Shown here one piece after another: positions 1-10,161 of a stretch of 64,000 nucleotides of DNA. How positions within the stretch are numbered: the stretch's first letter is position 1; every line of letters begins with the position of its first letter. The position numbers were made by a program, and so were the translations under genes. Under the pieces are notes generated by a model that searched no databases, had not been told where the DNA came from, and worked only from the letters and a program-made list of their open reading frames with translations. The stretch covers positions 1 to 64,000 of the forward strand of contig JAZJZK010000010.1 in NCBI GenBank assembly GCA_040389905.1, in the 5' to 3' direction. This stretch comes from Gemmatimonadota bacterium (lineage in GTDB: Bacteria; Gemmatimonadota; Gemmatimonadetes; Gemmatimonadales; Gemmatimonadaceae).

Positions 1-2
1 TC

Positions 3-830
3 GTCAGCATCACGAACTACGGCGCCTTCATCGAGCTCGAGCCGGGCATCGAAGGTCTGGTGCACATCTCCGAGATGAGCTGGACGCGCAATGTCCGTCA
101 CCCGTCGAAGCTCGTCAGCATCGGCGAGACGATCGAGGCGGTGGTGCTCAAGGTCGATCCGAACGAAGAGAAGATCTCGCTCGGCATGAAGCAGACGGAG
201 CAGGATCCCTGGGTCGTGCTTCCGCTCAAGTACCCGGTCGGTACGCGCATCAATGGCAAGGTTCGCAACCTCACGAGCTTTGGTGCGTTCGTCGAGATCG
301 AGCCGGGCATCGATGGCCTCATTCACATCTCCGACATGAGCTGGACCAAGCGCGTCCAGCATCCGTCGGAAGTCGTGAAGAAGGGCGACGCGGTTGATGT
401 CGTCATCCTGAACATCGACAGCGAGAACAAGCGCATCAGTCTCGGCCTCAAGCAGGCAGAGGAAGATCCGTGGCTCCGCATCGGCGAGAACTATCCGGTC
501 GGTACGGAAATGCGCTCGCACGTCGTTCGCCTGATGGACAAGGGCGTCGTCGTCGACATCGGCAACGACATCGAGGGCTTCGTGCCCATCTCGCAGCTCA
601 CGCTCGACGGCAAGCCGGTCAACAGCCCGGCGGACGTCGTGTACGAGATGATGAACCTCGACACGCGCGTGCTCGAAGTCGATCCGATTCACCGTCGCAT
701 CGTGCTGAGCGTCGTCGGCATTCCCGAGGAGCAGCCGCCTCGCCCGGAAACGCCGTCGAAGATTCACACGGAAGACGAGCTCGCGGTGGAAATTCCGATG
801 GACATTCCGCTCGACGTGCTCGACGACTGA
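3..830 (+). CDS. rpsA: 30S ribosomal protein S1 (C-terminal part, 5' truncated by window edge)
   Basis: Tandem S1 domains (YGAFIELEPGIEGLVHISEMSW, FGAFVEIEPGIDGLIHISDMSW); frame is open from position 3. Confidence 0.97.
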   Translation, partial: VSITNYGAFIELEPGIEGLVHISEMSWTRNVRHPSKLVSIGETIEAVVLKVDPNEEKISLGMKQTEQDPWVVLPLKYPVGTRINGKVRNLTSFGAFVEIEPGIDGLIHISDMSWTKRVQHPSEVVKKGDAVDVVILNIDSENKRISLGLKQAEEDPWLRIGENYPVGTEMRSHVVRLMDKGVVVDIGNDIEGFVPISQLTLDGKPVNSPADVVYEMMNLDTRVLEVDPIHRRIVLSVVGIPEEQPPRPETPSKIHTEDELAVEIPMDIPLDVLDD

Positions 831-850
831 TCCAGTTGGGATGTGAATAC

Positions 851-886
851 AAAGGGCCGGCTTCGGAAATCGAAGCCGGCCTTTTT
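851..886 (+). terminator. Intrinsic terminator after rpsA
   Basis: GGCCGGCTTCG-gaaat-CGAAGCCGGCC stem followed by TTTTT. Confidence 0.85.
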
Positions 887-947
887 GTCACCCCGAGCGC
901 ACCACACGCTCGGTGTGTCGCCCTTGAGCGAAGCGAAGGGCCTGCAC
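886..947. repeat. REP-like palindrome family, partial copy A
   Basis: TGTCACCCCGAGC...TGTCGCCCTTGAGCGAAGCGAAGGGCCTGCAC matches copies at 3755, 8488, 13327 and 46827. Confidence 0.7.
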
Positions 948-964
948 ATCTTCTCGCTCGGATC

Positions 965-2332
965 TTAGTGCTTTGTCCAGATCGCAATCGCGGCGCAAAC
1001 GTCCCCACGCCGCCACTTGACCGGAACGGATGCGGCATCCGGGTACGTCTCGATCGCCAGGATGTCTTGCATCGGCACCACTCCGGGCACGGCTCGAATA
1101 CCATCGGGAATGAGATCCTCGTCGACATAGACAACCATGTGCTTATTCTTCGCGTCCGGTTCGCTGCAACCACGTGCGCGTACTTCCCTCCATGGATCGT
1201 ATTGAAATCCCCGCGCCAATCGCACGACCTCACTCGGGATCGTGGCCGTCGCCATGAACGGACCTCCAGCAAAGAACTGCGTGCCGCGTGACAGCCTGCC
1301 GCGTTCCGCGATCTCTCTCAATACCTTGGCATTCCTGCCGAGCCTCCCCACAACGTTGACCGCCTCCAGGAGCTGCACCGGCCGGCCAATCGTCACTAGC
1401 ACTGATCCGGCGCCGTCGATGACATCGACCAACGCCGCCTGTGGCTCGTAGCCAATCGCGCGGATCTCCAACGCCCAGGTCCCGGCCGGCACGCCGGTGA
1501 GCGCGAACGCTCCATTCTCCACCGGCGCCTCCACGTCCAGTGCGGGAATGACCGCGCGTCCAGAGGCAACGCTCGAGCCGTCAGGGTGCTGCACTCGGCC
1601 GCGGAGCACATTCCCACTGCGCACCGTGGACATCTGCGCCAGGCTCACGTCGCGGCGAAGAAGACCGTCTCGCGACACTGTGACGTCCCCGAACACAGCC
1701 CAGTAGTCCGCCCGCTCCACAAGAAGCGTCAAAGGCGCATCCCCCGGCACGCCACAGACGAAGTACGTCCCATCGTCGGCGACGCGCGACGTTGCGCGCT
1801 GCGGCACCGTACGCAACTGCTGCTTCACGGACTGGACTTCCACCCAGCCGACCGTCACAGACGCGCCGCGAAGAGGCAGCCCCTGAGCGGCGTCGAGCAC
1901 CAGCCCAGCGATCACACCATCATCCACGGCACTTGAGGGACAGCGTTGCGCGCGCACACTCGCGCCACTCGGAATCGCGAGATCGACCACCAACGTGGTG
2001 TCCGCATCGATGCGAAAGGTGCGAACCGGCGACTCGAGGCCTAACGCAGCGAGCGCAGCGTGCTGGAAGCCGATGAGGAAGTCTCCGCGCACGAGTCCGG
2101 ACACGCGAAATCGTCCCGTTGCATCCGTAATGCCGCTGGTCGTCGTTGATACAAAGGGGCTGCCCGTCGAGTCGACCCTGACGATCTGGACGACGGCACT
2201 TGCCAGTGGCGCTTTCGCAACGGAATCGAAAACGACGCCTGTCACGGCAAATGGCCGGACGGGCTGTTGCGCCATTGCGGACGTCGTCACCAACACAACG
2301 CCAACGAAGCGGAAGACGAGTCGCGTGATCAC
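965..2332 (-). CDS. Secreted carboxypeptidase regulatory-like (beta-sandwich) domain protein with C-terminal plug-like domain
   Basis: Signal peptide; repeated V.G.V.D / TD.TG.F motifs; RAIGYEP; C-terminal DILAIETYP...C.AIAIWTKH. Confidence 0.75.
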   Translation of the reverse strand: MITRLVFRFVGVVLVTTSAMAQQPVRPFAVTGVVFDSVAKAPLASAVVQIVRVDSTGSPFVSTTTSGITDATGRFRVSGLVRGDFLIGFQHAALAALGLESPVRTFRIDADTTLVVDLAIPSGASVRAQRCPSSAVDDGVIAGLVLDAAQGLPLRGASVTVGWVEVQSVKQQLRTVPQRATSRVADDGTYFVCGVPGDAPLTLLVERADYWAVFGDVTVSRDGLLRRDVSLAQMSTVRSGNVLRGRVQHPDGSSVASGRAVIPALDVEAPVENGAFALTGVPAGTWALEIRAIGYEPQAALVDVIDGAGSVLVTIGRPVQLLEAVNVVGRLGRNAKVLREIAERGRLSRGTQFFAGGPFMATATIPSEVVRLARGFQYDPWREVRARGCSEPDAKNKHMVVYVDEDLIPDGIRAVPGVVPMQDILAIETYPDAASVPVKWRRGDVCAAIAIWTKH

Positions 2333-2347
2333 TCAGTCGTGCTCGCC

Positions 2348-3699
2348 CTAGTGCTTTGTCCAGATCGCAACTGCCGCGCACACATCCAGGTGTCGCCATT
2401 TCATCGGCACGGACATAGCATCCGGATAGGTCTCGATCGCCATGATGTCCTGCATCGGGATCGTCTCCCAAAGGTCGTCGATCGAGAGAAAGTCGTCGAC
2501 ATAAACCGCCATGTGCTTTCCCTTCAAGCGGCTGCCACTCAATCCCGGTTCGGCGCAGCCACGAGGACCTGAGCTGAACCCCGCGCCAATCTTATGACTT
2601 GGCTCGGCAGGAACGCCGTCGCCATGAACGGGCCGCCCGCGAAGAACTGCGTGCCGCGAGACAGCCTGCCGCGTTCCTCGATCTCCCGTAATACCTTCGC
2701 ATTCCGGCTCAACCGCCCTATGACATTGACCGCCTCCAACAATTGCACTGGTCGACCAACTGTCACCAGTACCGTTCCAGCGCCTTCAGTGACGTCGACG
2801 AGCGCCATCTGCGGCTCATAGCCGATTGCGCGGACCTCGACCGCCCACGTGCCAGCCGGGACCCCCGGCAAGAAGAATTCTCCGTTCTCGACGCTCGCCT
2901 CCACATCCAGCGCGGAAAGCACCACGCGGCCGCTGGCGAGGGTCGTTCCATCAGGGTGTTGGACTCGGCCGCGTAGCACGCTGCCGACGCGCACAGCCAA
3001 GGTATCCACGAGGCGCACGTCGCGTCGAAGAAGGTCGCCGCGGGCGACAGTGACCTCTCCGAACACATCCCTGTAACCCGGCTGCGACACGACGAGAGCT
3101 AACGGTGCGTCGCCGGGCAGGCCACAGACGACGTACGTTCCATCCTCTCCCACTCGTGCCGTCACTCGCTGCGGGACTGAGCGCAGCTGTCCCTTCGCGC
3201 TCTGCAATTCCACCCAGCCCAAGGTCACGGACGCGTCGCGAGCAGGCGCTCCCAGGGCAGCATCGAGTATCAGGCCGGTGACCATCCCGTCGTCGGCGGC
3301 ACTCGCAGGGCACCGCTGCGCGCGCACAGTCGAGCCACTTGGAATCGCAAGATCGAGCGCGAGCGTCGTGTCGGAGTCGATTCGAAAGCTCCGCACCGGC
3401 GACTCGAGTCCCAACACCACAAGCGCCGAGTGCTGGAAGCCAATGAGGAAACTCCCCCGTCGAAGGCCGGCCACGCGAAATTGTCCAGAGGTGTCCGTAA
3501 CGCTCGTGCTGGCCGTTGCCGCCAAGGCGCCGCCCGCAGAGTCGACCATGATGACCTGGACGACGGCCTTCGCCAACGGCCGCTTGGCAATGGAATCGAA
3601 TACGATTCCGCTCACTGCCGCCTGTGGCGCCGGTCCCTGCGCTGATGACGCACCGGACAGCGCTGCAACGCCAAGGGACCACCAGAGTCTCGTCTTCAT
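2348..3699 (-). pseudogene. Frameshifted tandem paralog of 965..2332 (ORFs 2539..3699 + 2348..2542)
   Basis: The two ORFs together align end-to-end with the neighbouring paralog; one base is missing at about 2577-2582. Confidence 0.75.
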
Positions 3700-3754
3700 G
3701 CGACGAATATGTATACAATACGGTCGACACGCGCAAGAACCTGGATCAACCTGC

Positions 3755-3845
3755 TGTCATCCCGAGCGAAGTCGAGGGATCTGCACGTTCCGTCTGGGTT
3801 TGACGTGCAGACCCTCTCGACTCGCTGCGCTCGCTTGGGGTGACA
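3755..3845. repeat. REP-like palindrome family, full copy B
   Basis: TGTCATCCCGAGCGAAGTCGAGGGATCTGCACG-loop-CGTGCAGACCCTCTCGACTCGCTGCGCTCGCTTGGGGTGACA; near reverse complement of 8488-8577. Confidence 0.9.
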
Positions 3846-3878
3846 ATCCATGAACTCGCGGCTTCAGGAGAAGATCAT

Positions 3879-5603
3879 TTACACCGTGAACACCGACACC
3901 AGCTTCTGAAGCCGCGCCGCATTCTCCGACAACTGCGACGCCGTCGCCGCAACCTCCTCCGACGCCGCCGCCGTATCCTCTGCCGCCGTCCGCGCCAAAT
4001 CGCTCGACGCCACCTGCGTCACCGCGCGATCAGACGCCGTCACCACCTGCGCGCCGAGTTCCTCCACCGCGCTCCGGTTCGATGCCGCTGAGTCGCGAAC
4101 GGCTGCGGTCAGAAGATCCATCCGGCTGATGGCGTCATGAATCGTCCGCAGCGCGCCCGTCACCTGGCGGGACGTCGCATCCACGTCGCCGAGTGAGCCC
4201 ATACCGTTGCGGAACGCATGCACCGCGGCGGCCACTTCGCGCCGCATCGCGGTGACGACGTCGCGCACGTCGTCGGCGGTCTTTCCACTGTTGTCTGCGA
4301 GCTTTCTCACTTCGTCGGCAACGACCGCGAACCCGCGACCCGCATCGCCCGCGCGAGCGGCCTCGATGGCCGCGTTGAGCGCGAGCAGATTCGTCTGCTC
4401 CGAGATTTCCTGGATCGTCATCAGGAAATCGTGCACGATCTGTGATGCCTTCTCGACACGTTCGATATTCTGCAGCGACGCGCTGATCACGTCGCGCGCA
4501 CTCGTCAGTACGTCGAGTGCCTGCGCAACGTCTGTCCGCGCACCATCCGTGAGGATACGTACTTCGCTCTGGAGACTACCCGTATCACGCGCCGTACCGT
4601 CCAGCGACTCGGACGACGCGTGCACGCGAGTGAGCAGGGCGCGAGTCGCGTCCATTGCCGATCGCTGCTCCTGCGCGGTCTTCGAGATGTCGAGCATCGA
4701 CGCGCTCACGCGGTTCGTCGAATCAGCGGCTTCACCGGACACGAGCGTCATCGCGTCGGCGGCGTGCGCGACATCCTTCGCCTCGCGCTGGATCTCGCGG
4801 ACGAGGCCCGACAGTCGATGCGTTGTATCCGCGATCGCCTGCGCAAGCAGGCGGTACTCCGCATCGAGCCCCTTCGGATCTGGCGGATGTTGCAAGTTGC
4901 CGTCTCCGACTCTGCGCGCCGCAGCCGCAAGCGAGTCGAGCGGGAGCGTCACGGCCCGCAGCGTCACCATGCCAACGACGATCGCCGCGATCAGGCCCGC
5001 CGCGAGCAGCACGATGACGATGTACAGTTGGCGTCGGGTAACGGTATTTGATCGATCAAGTAACACGCGCGCACTTGAGTCTTCTGCCGCAATCATCGTC
5101 CGCGATTCCGCAAAGAGCGAGTCGAGCAGCATGGCTGAAGCATCCGTTTGCCCGACCGCGGGCGCCGGCTCACCGACGTCGAGATACGCGCGTGCAATGG
5201 ACAGCCGCGTGCCGATACGGCCTTGGAGCGTGCCGATCTGTGAGAGATGTGCACGCTGCGCATCCGTGAGCGCATCACCCACACTCAACACCGTGCGCAG
5301 GGAGTCGGCGAGGTTGCTCGCGCTGTCCATGCGTGCCGTGTACTTGTTGCCCCCCTGGAGAAGGTCATTCTGGGCCAGCACGACATACTGTCGTGTCGCC
5401 TCCTGGCTGGCGAAGAGCTGATTCTTGACCGCCATGCGCCGAGTGGTGTTCCGCTGAAGCTCCGCGTTCGCGCTCCGGAGAGCCGCGGAGCCATAGGCGC
5501 CCACCAGAAAGAGCAGCGCAATGACCGACCCGAAGCCGAACGTGATACGGCGCCGAATGGTCCAGCCGCCACGCGTCGCGATCTTGAAGGCGGCGGCGGT
5601 CAT
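3879..5603 (-). CDS. Methyl-accepting chemotaxis protein (2 TM, periplasmic sensor, HAMP, MA domain)
   Basis: [37 protein letters not shown] signature; two TM helices followed by a HAMP-like segment. Confidence 0.95.
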   Translation of the reverse strand: MTAAAFKIATRGGWTIRRRITFGFGSVIALLFLVGAYGSAALRSANAELQRNTTRRMAVKNQLFASQEATRQYVVLAQNDLLQGGNKYTARMDSASNLADSLRTVLSVGDALTDAQRAHLSQIGTLQGRIGTRLSIARAYLDVGEPAPAVGQTDASAMLLDSLFAESRTMIAAEDSSARVLLDRSNTVTRRQLYIVIVLLAAGLIAAIVVGMVTLRAVTLPLDSLAAAARRVGDGNLQHPPDPKGLDAEYRLLAQAIADTTHRLSGLVREIQREAKDVAHAADAMTLVSGEAADSTNRVSASMLDISKTAQEQRSAMDATRALLTRVHASSESLDGTARDTGSLQSEVRILTDGARTDVAQALDVLTSARDVISASLQNIERVEKASQIVHDFLMTIQEISEQTNLLALNAAIEAARAGDAGRGFAVVADEVRKLADNSGKTADDVRDVVTAMRREVAAAVHAFRNGMGSLGDVDATSRQVTGALRTIHDAISRMDLLTAAVRDSAASNRSAVEELGAQVVTASDRAVTQVASSDLARTAAEDTAAASEEVAATASQLSENAARLQKLVSVFTV

Positions 5604-6730
5604 CGATTCGCCTCGCCGATCCGCACCGGCTTGTTGACTGGGTCGCGGTTCTCGTCGAAGGCAATGCCTCCGGTCGCGCCGGCAAAGGCGGGCTTGCCAT
5701 TGCGTCCAACCGAGGCAATCCAGTCCCGGATCTTTTTCCGGTCACCGCCCTCCGATTGCGCGGCCTTGCCGATGAGCATCGCGGCATCATAGCCGAGCGC
5801 CCCCCAGCGGTCCGCCACTCGGCCCGTCCGCTTCTTGAACGCCTCGGCGAACTTGGCGCCTTCTGGGGTGGCTGGATGCTCCGCGGAATACAGTTGCAGG
5901 AAGCGCATCCCCTCGAGCTCGCGCGTCGAGGCCGTGTCGCCCGCTTCCGGCGGATTCGTGCCGATCATCACCAGCGTGCCCCCCGCGCGACGGAGCGCAC
6001 GAATAAAGGGCCGTTCCTCCGTCGTGTTTCCTGCAATCACCGCACCCGGCGTGCGAGTCTTCACGAGCCGCTTGGCGTATGCGTCGAATTCAGGAATGTC
6101 CTCGGTGAAGGGATCGCGCTCCGAGACAAATCCTTGATGAAGTTCGAACTCAGTCGTGAAGGTCCGCAGCAGGCCTACGCCTGATGGGTCATTGCGGTAG
6201 AGAAAACCCGTTCGCTTCACGCCGAGCGAGTCGGAGAGATAGCGCGCGATCGCCTTTGCCTGTTCGACCGTGGTTGGGCACACTCGGAACACCCAATCGG
6301 ACGCGCGCGTCACCTCTGGGGCGCCCGCCGTCGGCGAGACCGCGACAATCGCGCGCTTCCCGTCGTTCGCCTTGTCGGCATACACGGCCGCCGCGGTGAT
6401 CGTCGCGGCGCTCTCGGTATGTCCGACGACTCCGATGACGGCGGGATCGTCCCGAAACGCCGCCGCCACGTCGACCACAGTCTTCGCGATCGCGGCTGGC
6501 CGGCGCATCCTGAGTGGCGCACTACCTTGGGGTCGCGCGGCGTTGAGCTCATCGAGCGCCATCTCCACCCCCTCGAAGACGTTGACGTAGCGCTCGGGGG
6601 ACGTGAGGCCCACGGCGACGCCGACGTACAGAGTGTCGCCCGTCCCGGGGCGGTGCGTCCCTCCGGAGTTGCACGCGGCAACTGCGAGAAGCGGCGCGGT
6701 CGCGAACATTCGTCGCACTCGACTCGCCAT
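5600..6730 (-). CDS. Branched-chain amino acid (LivJ-like) substrate-binding lipoprotein
   Basis: Lipobox LLAVAAC; GVVGH..S; FRVCP; ALGYDA; F.GATG.I.FDEN; GGAG RBS before ATG 6730. Confidence 0.88.
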   Translation of the reverse strand: MASRVRRMFATAPLLAVAACNSGGTHRPGTGDTLYVGVAVGLTSPERYVNVFEGVEMALDELNAARPQGSAPLRMRRPAAIAKTVVDVAAAFRDDPAVIGVVGHTESAATITAAAVYADKANDGKRAIVAVSPTAGAPEVTRASDWVFRVCPTTVEQAKAIARYLSDSLGVKRTGFLYRNDPSGVGLLRTFTTEFELHQGFVSERDPFTEDIPEFDAYAKRLVKTRTPGAVIAGNTTEERPFIRALRRAGGTLVMIGTNPPEAGDTASTRELEGMRFLQLYSAEHPATPEGAKFAEAFKKRTGRVADRWGALGYDAAMLIGKAAQSEGGDRKKIRDWIASVGRNGKPAFAGATGGIAFDENRDPVNKPVRIGEANR

Positions 6731-6909
6731 TTGTTCTCCAAGATGACAAAACCTGACCATCTCCGCGCTTCTCAATCGGGAGGCGGGAGCGCAATTCGGG
6801 CTACGCCAGTTTCGGCGCGAGGGGAAGAGCAGGCGCAACGGTGCGCGCCGCACGCCGTTGTGTCAATGCTTCTCGCCATTGGGCACCCGCCGTTACCTTT
6901 CCGCCAATC

Positions 6910-8460
6910 ATGACAATGCGAGACAAGCTGGCACTCCTCGAGCACCGCGCCGCCGAGGCGGAACTCGGCGGCGGTGAGGCGCGCCTCAAGGCGCAGCACG
7001 CCAAAGGAAAGCTCTCCGCGCGCGAGCGGCTGGATCTCCTGCTCGACGAAGGCAGCTTCGTCGAACTGGACCGATTCGTCGTGCATCGCTCACACGATTT
7101 CGGCCTCGAGGAGCAACTCTACTATGGCGACGGCGTGGTCACCGGCTACGGTCGCATCGAAGGCAGGCTGGTGTATGTCTTCTCGCAGGATTTCACCGTG
7201 TTCGGCGGCTCCCTCAGCGAATCCTTCGCCGAGAAAATCTGCAAGGTGATGGACCTCGCGGTACGGAACGGCGCACCCGTCATCGGACTCAACGACTCGG
7301 GCGGTGCGCGGATTCAGGAAGGCGTCGTCTCGCTCGGTGGCTATGCCGACATTTTCCTGAGGAACACACTGGCGTCAGGCGTCGTGCCGCAGATCAGTGC
7401 GATCCTCGGCCCATGTGCCGGCGGTGCCGTCTACTCGCCCGCGATCACCGATTTCACGTACATGGTGCGGAAGACGAGCTACATGTTCGTCACCGGCCCG
7501 AACGTCGTGAAGACCGTGACGCACGAAGACGTCACCATGGAGGAATTGGGCGGCGCCGATACCCACACCGCCACGAGCGGTGTCGCGCACTTTGCGCACG
7601 ATTCCGAGCCTGCCTGCCTCCAGGCAATCCGCGACTTGTTCCACTACGTGCCGTCGAACAACCTCGACGAACCGCCGCGGGGGCGTGGAACCGATCCGCG
7701 CGACCGGCGCGACGAAGCGTTGCTCGACGTCGTGCCCGACAATCCCAACAAGCCGTACGACATGCACGAAGTCATCAAGCGCATCGTTGATGACGGCGTG
7801 TTCTACGAAGTCCAGAAGGAGTTCGCTGGCAATATCCTCTGTGGCTACGCGCATCTCGGCGGCTACAGCGTTGGCATCGTGGCGAATCAGCCGGCGATGC
7901 TCGCGGGCGTGCTGGACATCAACGCCTCGGTGAAGGCGGCGCGCTTCATCCGCTTTTGCGACGCGTTCAACATTCCCATCGTGACGCTCGAGGATGTGCC
8001 GGGATTCCTGCCGGGCGTTGCGCAGGAGCACAACGGAATCATCCGGCACGGCGCGAAGCTGCTCTATGCGTACTGTGAAGCGACAGTCCCGAAACTCACG
8101 GTCATCACGCGTAAGGCGTACGGCGGCGCGTATGACGTCATGAGCTCCAAGCACATCAGGGGCGACCTCAATCTCGCCTGGCCAACCGCCGAGATTGCTG
8201 TGATGGGACCGAAAGGCGCGGTGGAGATCCTCTTTCGCAAGGACATTGCGGAGAGTGATGACCCGGCTGCCGCCACCGAGGCAAAGATCAACGAGTATCG
8301 CGACAAGTTCGCGCACCCATACGTTGCCGCTGGGCGCGGGTATCTCGACGACATCATTGATCCTCGCGATACGCGTCCCCGGTTGATCGATGCGCTCGAG
8401 ACGTTGCGGACGAAGCGCGACCGCAATCCGCCGAAGAAACACGGCAACATTCCATTGTGA
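6910..8460 (+). CDS. pccB: Acyl-CoA (propionyl-CoA-type) carboxylase carboxyltransferase beta subunit
   Basis: [30 protein letters not shown]-terminal KKHGNIPL. Confidence 0.93.
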   Translation: MTMRDKLALLEHRAAEAELGGGEARLKAQHAKGKLSARERLDLLLDEGSFVELDRFVVHRSHDFGLEEQLYYGDGVVTGYGRIEGRLVYVFSQDFTVFGGSLSESFAEKICKVMDLAVRNGAPVIGLNDSGGARIQEGVVSLGGYADIFLRNTLASGVVPQISAILGPCAGGAVYSPAITDFTYMVRKTSYMFVTGPNVVKTVTHEDVTMEELGGADTHTATSGVAHFAHDSEPACLQAIRDLFHYVPSNNLDEPPRGRGTDPRDRRDEALLDVVPDNPNKPYDMHEVIKRIVDDGVFYEVQKEFAGNILCGYAHLGGYSVGIVANQPAMLAGVLDINASVKAARFIRFCDAFNIPIVTLEDVPGFLPGVAQEHNGIIRHGAKLLYAYCEATVPKLTVITRKAYGGAYDVMSSKHIRGDLNLAWPTAEIAVMGPKGAVEILFRKDIAESDDPAAATEAKINEYRDKFAHPYVAAGRGYLDDIIDPRDTRPRLIDALETLRTKRDRNPPKKHGNIPL

Positions 8461-8487
8461 TCAAGCCAGCGTTCATCCTAAGAGCGA

Positions 8488-8577
8488 TGTCACCCCGAGC
8501 GAGCAAAGCGAGTCGAGGGGTCTGCACCTCGTACATAGGCGGCAGGTGCAGATCCCTCGACTTCGCTCGGGATGACA
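8488..8577. repeat. REP-like palindrome family, full copy C
   Basis: TGTCACCCCGAGCGAGCAAAGCGAGTCGAGGGGTCTGCACCT-loop-AGGTGCAGATCCCTCGACTTCGCTCGGGATGACA. Confidence 0.9.
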
Positions 8578-8640
8578 GGCAGGCGGGTTTCGTCCGAGCT
8601 TGCCGCGCCTCGGCCAAGGAAAACTCCGCGAAGGAACTTC

Positions 8641-10161
8641 GTGTTTAACAAGGTCCTCGTTGCGAACCGCGGCGAGATCGCCCTGCGCGTCATCCGCGCA
8701 TGTCGCGAGCTCGGCGTGAAGAGCGTTGCCGTCTACTCCGAGGCTGATGCACGAGCGCCGCATGTGCGCGAGGCAGACGAGGCGGTGCTGCTCGGCCCTG
8801 CGCCGTCGAGCGAATCGTACCTCAAGGGAGACGCCATCATCGCAGCGGCCCTTCGCACAGGTGCCGAGGCCATCCATCCAGGATACGGTTTTCTCTCGGA
8901 GCGCGAGTGGTTCGCGCGTGCCGTGCGCGACGCTGGCCTCGTCTTCGTTGGGCCGCCGGCCGAGGCGATAGCGGCGATGGGTAGCAAGACCGCCGCGCGG
9001 ACGCTTGCTATTGCCGCGGGCACGCCAGTCGTGCCGGGCACGACGACCGCTTTGCGCGACGCTGACGAGGCCGCCACCACGGCGGAACAGTTCGGATATC
9101 CCGTGTTGCTCAAGGCCGCGGCCGGCGGGGGCGGGAAGGGCATGCGCGTCGTTCACGCACGGGAAGAACTCGCGGCTGCGCTGGCCTCGGCACAGCGGGA
9201 AGCCAAGAATGCCTTCGGCGATGATGCCGTCTATGTCGAGAAGTACATCGTCGGCCCTCGTCACGTCGAGATCCAGGTGCTCGGCGATCTTCATGGGACG
9301 ATGCTGCATCTCGGAGAGCGCGAGTGCTCGGTGCAGCGCCGCCACCAGAAAATGATCGAGGAAGCGCCGAGCGTCGCCGTGTCACCCGAGTTGCGTGCGC
9401 GCATGGGTGCGGCCGCCGTCGCCGCGGCGAAAGCCGCTGGGTATGTCAACGCGGGCACCTGCGAGTTTCTGCTCGATGCCAACGGGGACTTCTATTTCCT
9501 GGAGATGAACACGCGCATCCAGGTCGAGCATCCCGTTACGGAGCTCGTGACCGGGATCGACCTTGTGCAATGGCAACTCCGTATCGCGTCGGGCGAACGG
9601 TTGCCTTTCAAGCAGGAAGACATCGTGCCGCGCGGGTGGGCGATCGAATGCCGAATCACCAGTGAAGATCCGGCGAACGGCTTTCTCCCGTCGACGGGAC
9701 GCGTGCAGTATCTGCACATCCCAAGCGGTCCAGGTGTGCGTTGGGATGGCGGCATCGAAACCGGCAGCGAGATCTCGCTCTACTACGATCCGATGCTGGC
9801 CAAGTTGATCGTCTGGGCGCCAACGCGCGAGAACGCGGTCGAACGGATGCACCGTGCGCTGCTGGAGCTGACGATCGAGGGTGTCGATACCTCGCGTGAC
9901 TTTCACCTGCGCGTGATGGAAGATGCGGACTTCCGTTCCGGTGCCATCGAGATCCAATGGCTGGAGCGTCGCCTCGCGGACCTCACCAATCGGCAACCGT
10001 CTGAGGAAGGGGTGGTTCGCGCGGCGATCGCGGCGGTGCTGCTCGCGGAGCGTGAGCGCTCCACGCCTCGTCGAGTCTCCGAGGGCAGCGGTCTCACGCC
10101 GTCGAGCAGTAGCGTCTCGGAGTCGTGGCTCCGAGCGGCGCGCCTCGAAGGCCTTCGCTGA
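8641..10161 (+). CDS. accC: Biotin carboxylase subunit
   Basis: KVLVANRGEIA, HPGYGFLSE, GGGGKGMR, FLEMNTRIQVEHPVTE, YYDPMLAK; GTG start. Confidence 0.95.
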   Translation: MFNKVLVANRGEIALRVIRACRELGVKSVAVYSEADARAPHVREADEAVLLGPAPSSESYLKGDAIIAAALRTGAEAIHPGYGFLSEREWFARAVRDAGLVFVGPPAEAIAAMGSKTAARTLAIAAGTPVVPGTTTALRDADEAATTAEQFGYPVLLKAAAGGGGKGMRVVHAREELAAALASAQREAKNAFGDDAVYVEKYIVGPRHVEIQVLGDLHGTMLHLGERECSVQRRHQKMIEEAPSVAVSPELRARMGAAAVAAAKAAGYVNAGTCEFLLDANGDFYFLEMNTRIQVEHPVTELVTGIDLVQWQLRIASGERLPFKQEDIVPRGWAIECRITSEDPANGFLPSTGRVQYLHIPSGPGVRWDGGIETGSEISLYYDPMLAKLIVWAPTRENAVERMHRALLELTIEGVDTSRDFHLRVMEDADFRSGAIEIQWLERRLADLTNRQPSEEGVVRAAIAAVLLAERERSTPRRVSEGSGLTPSSSSVSESWLRAARLEGLR

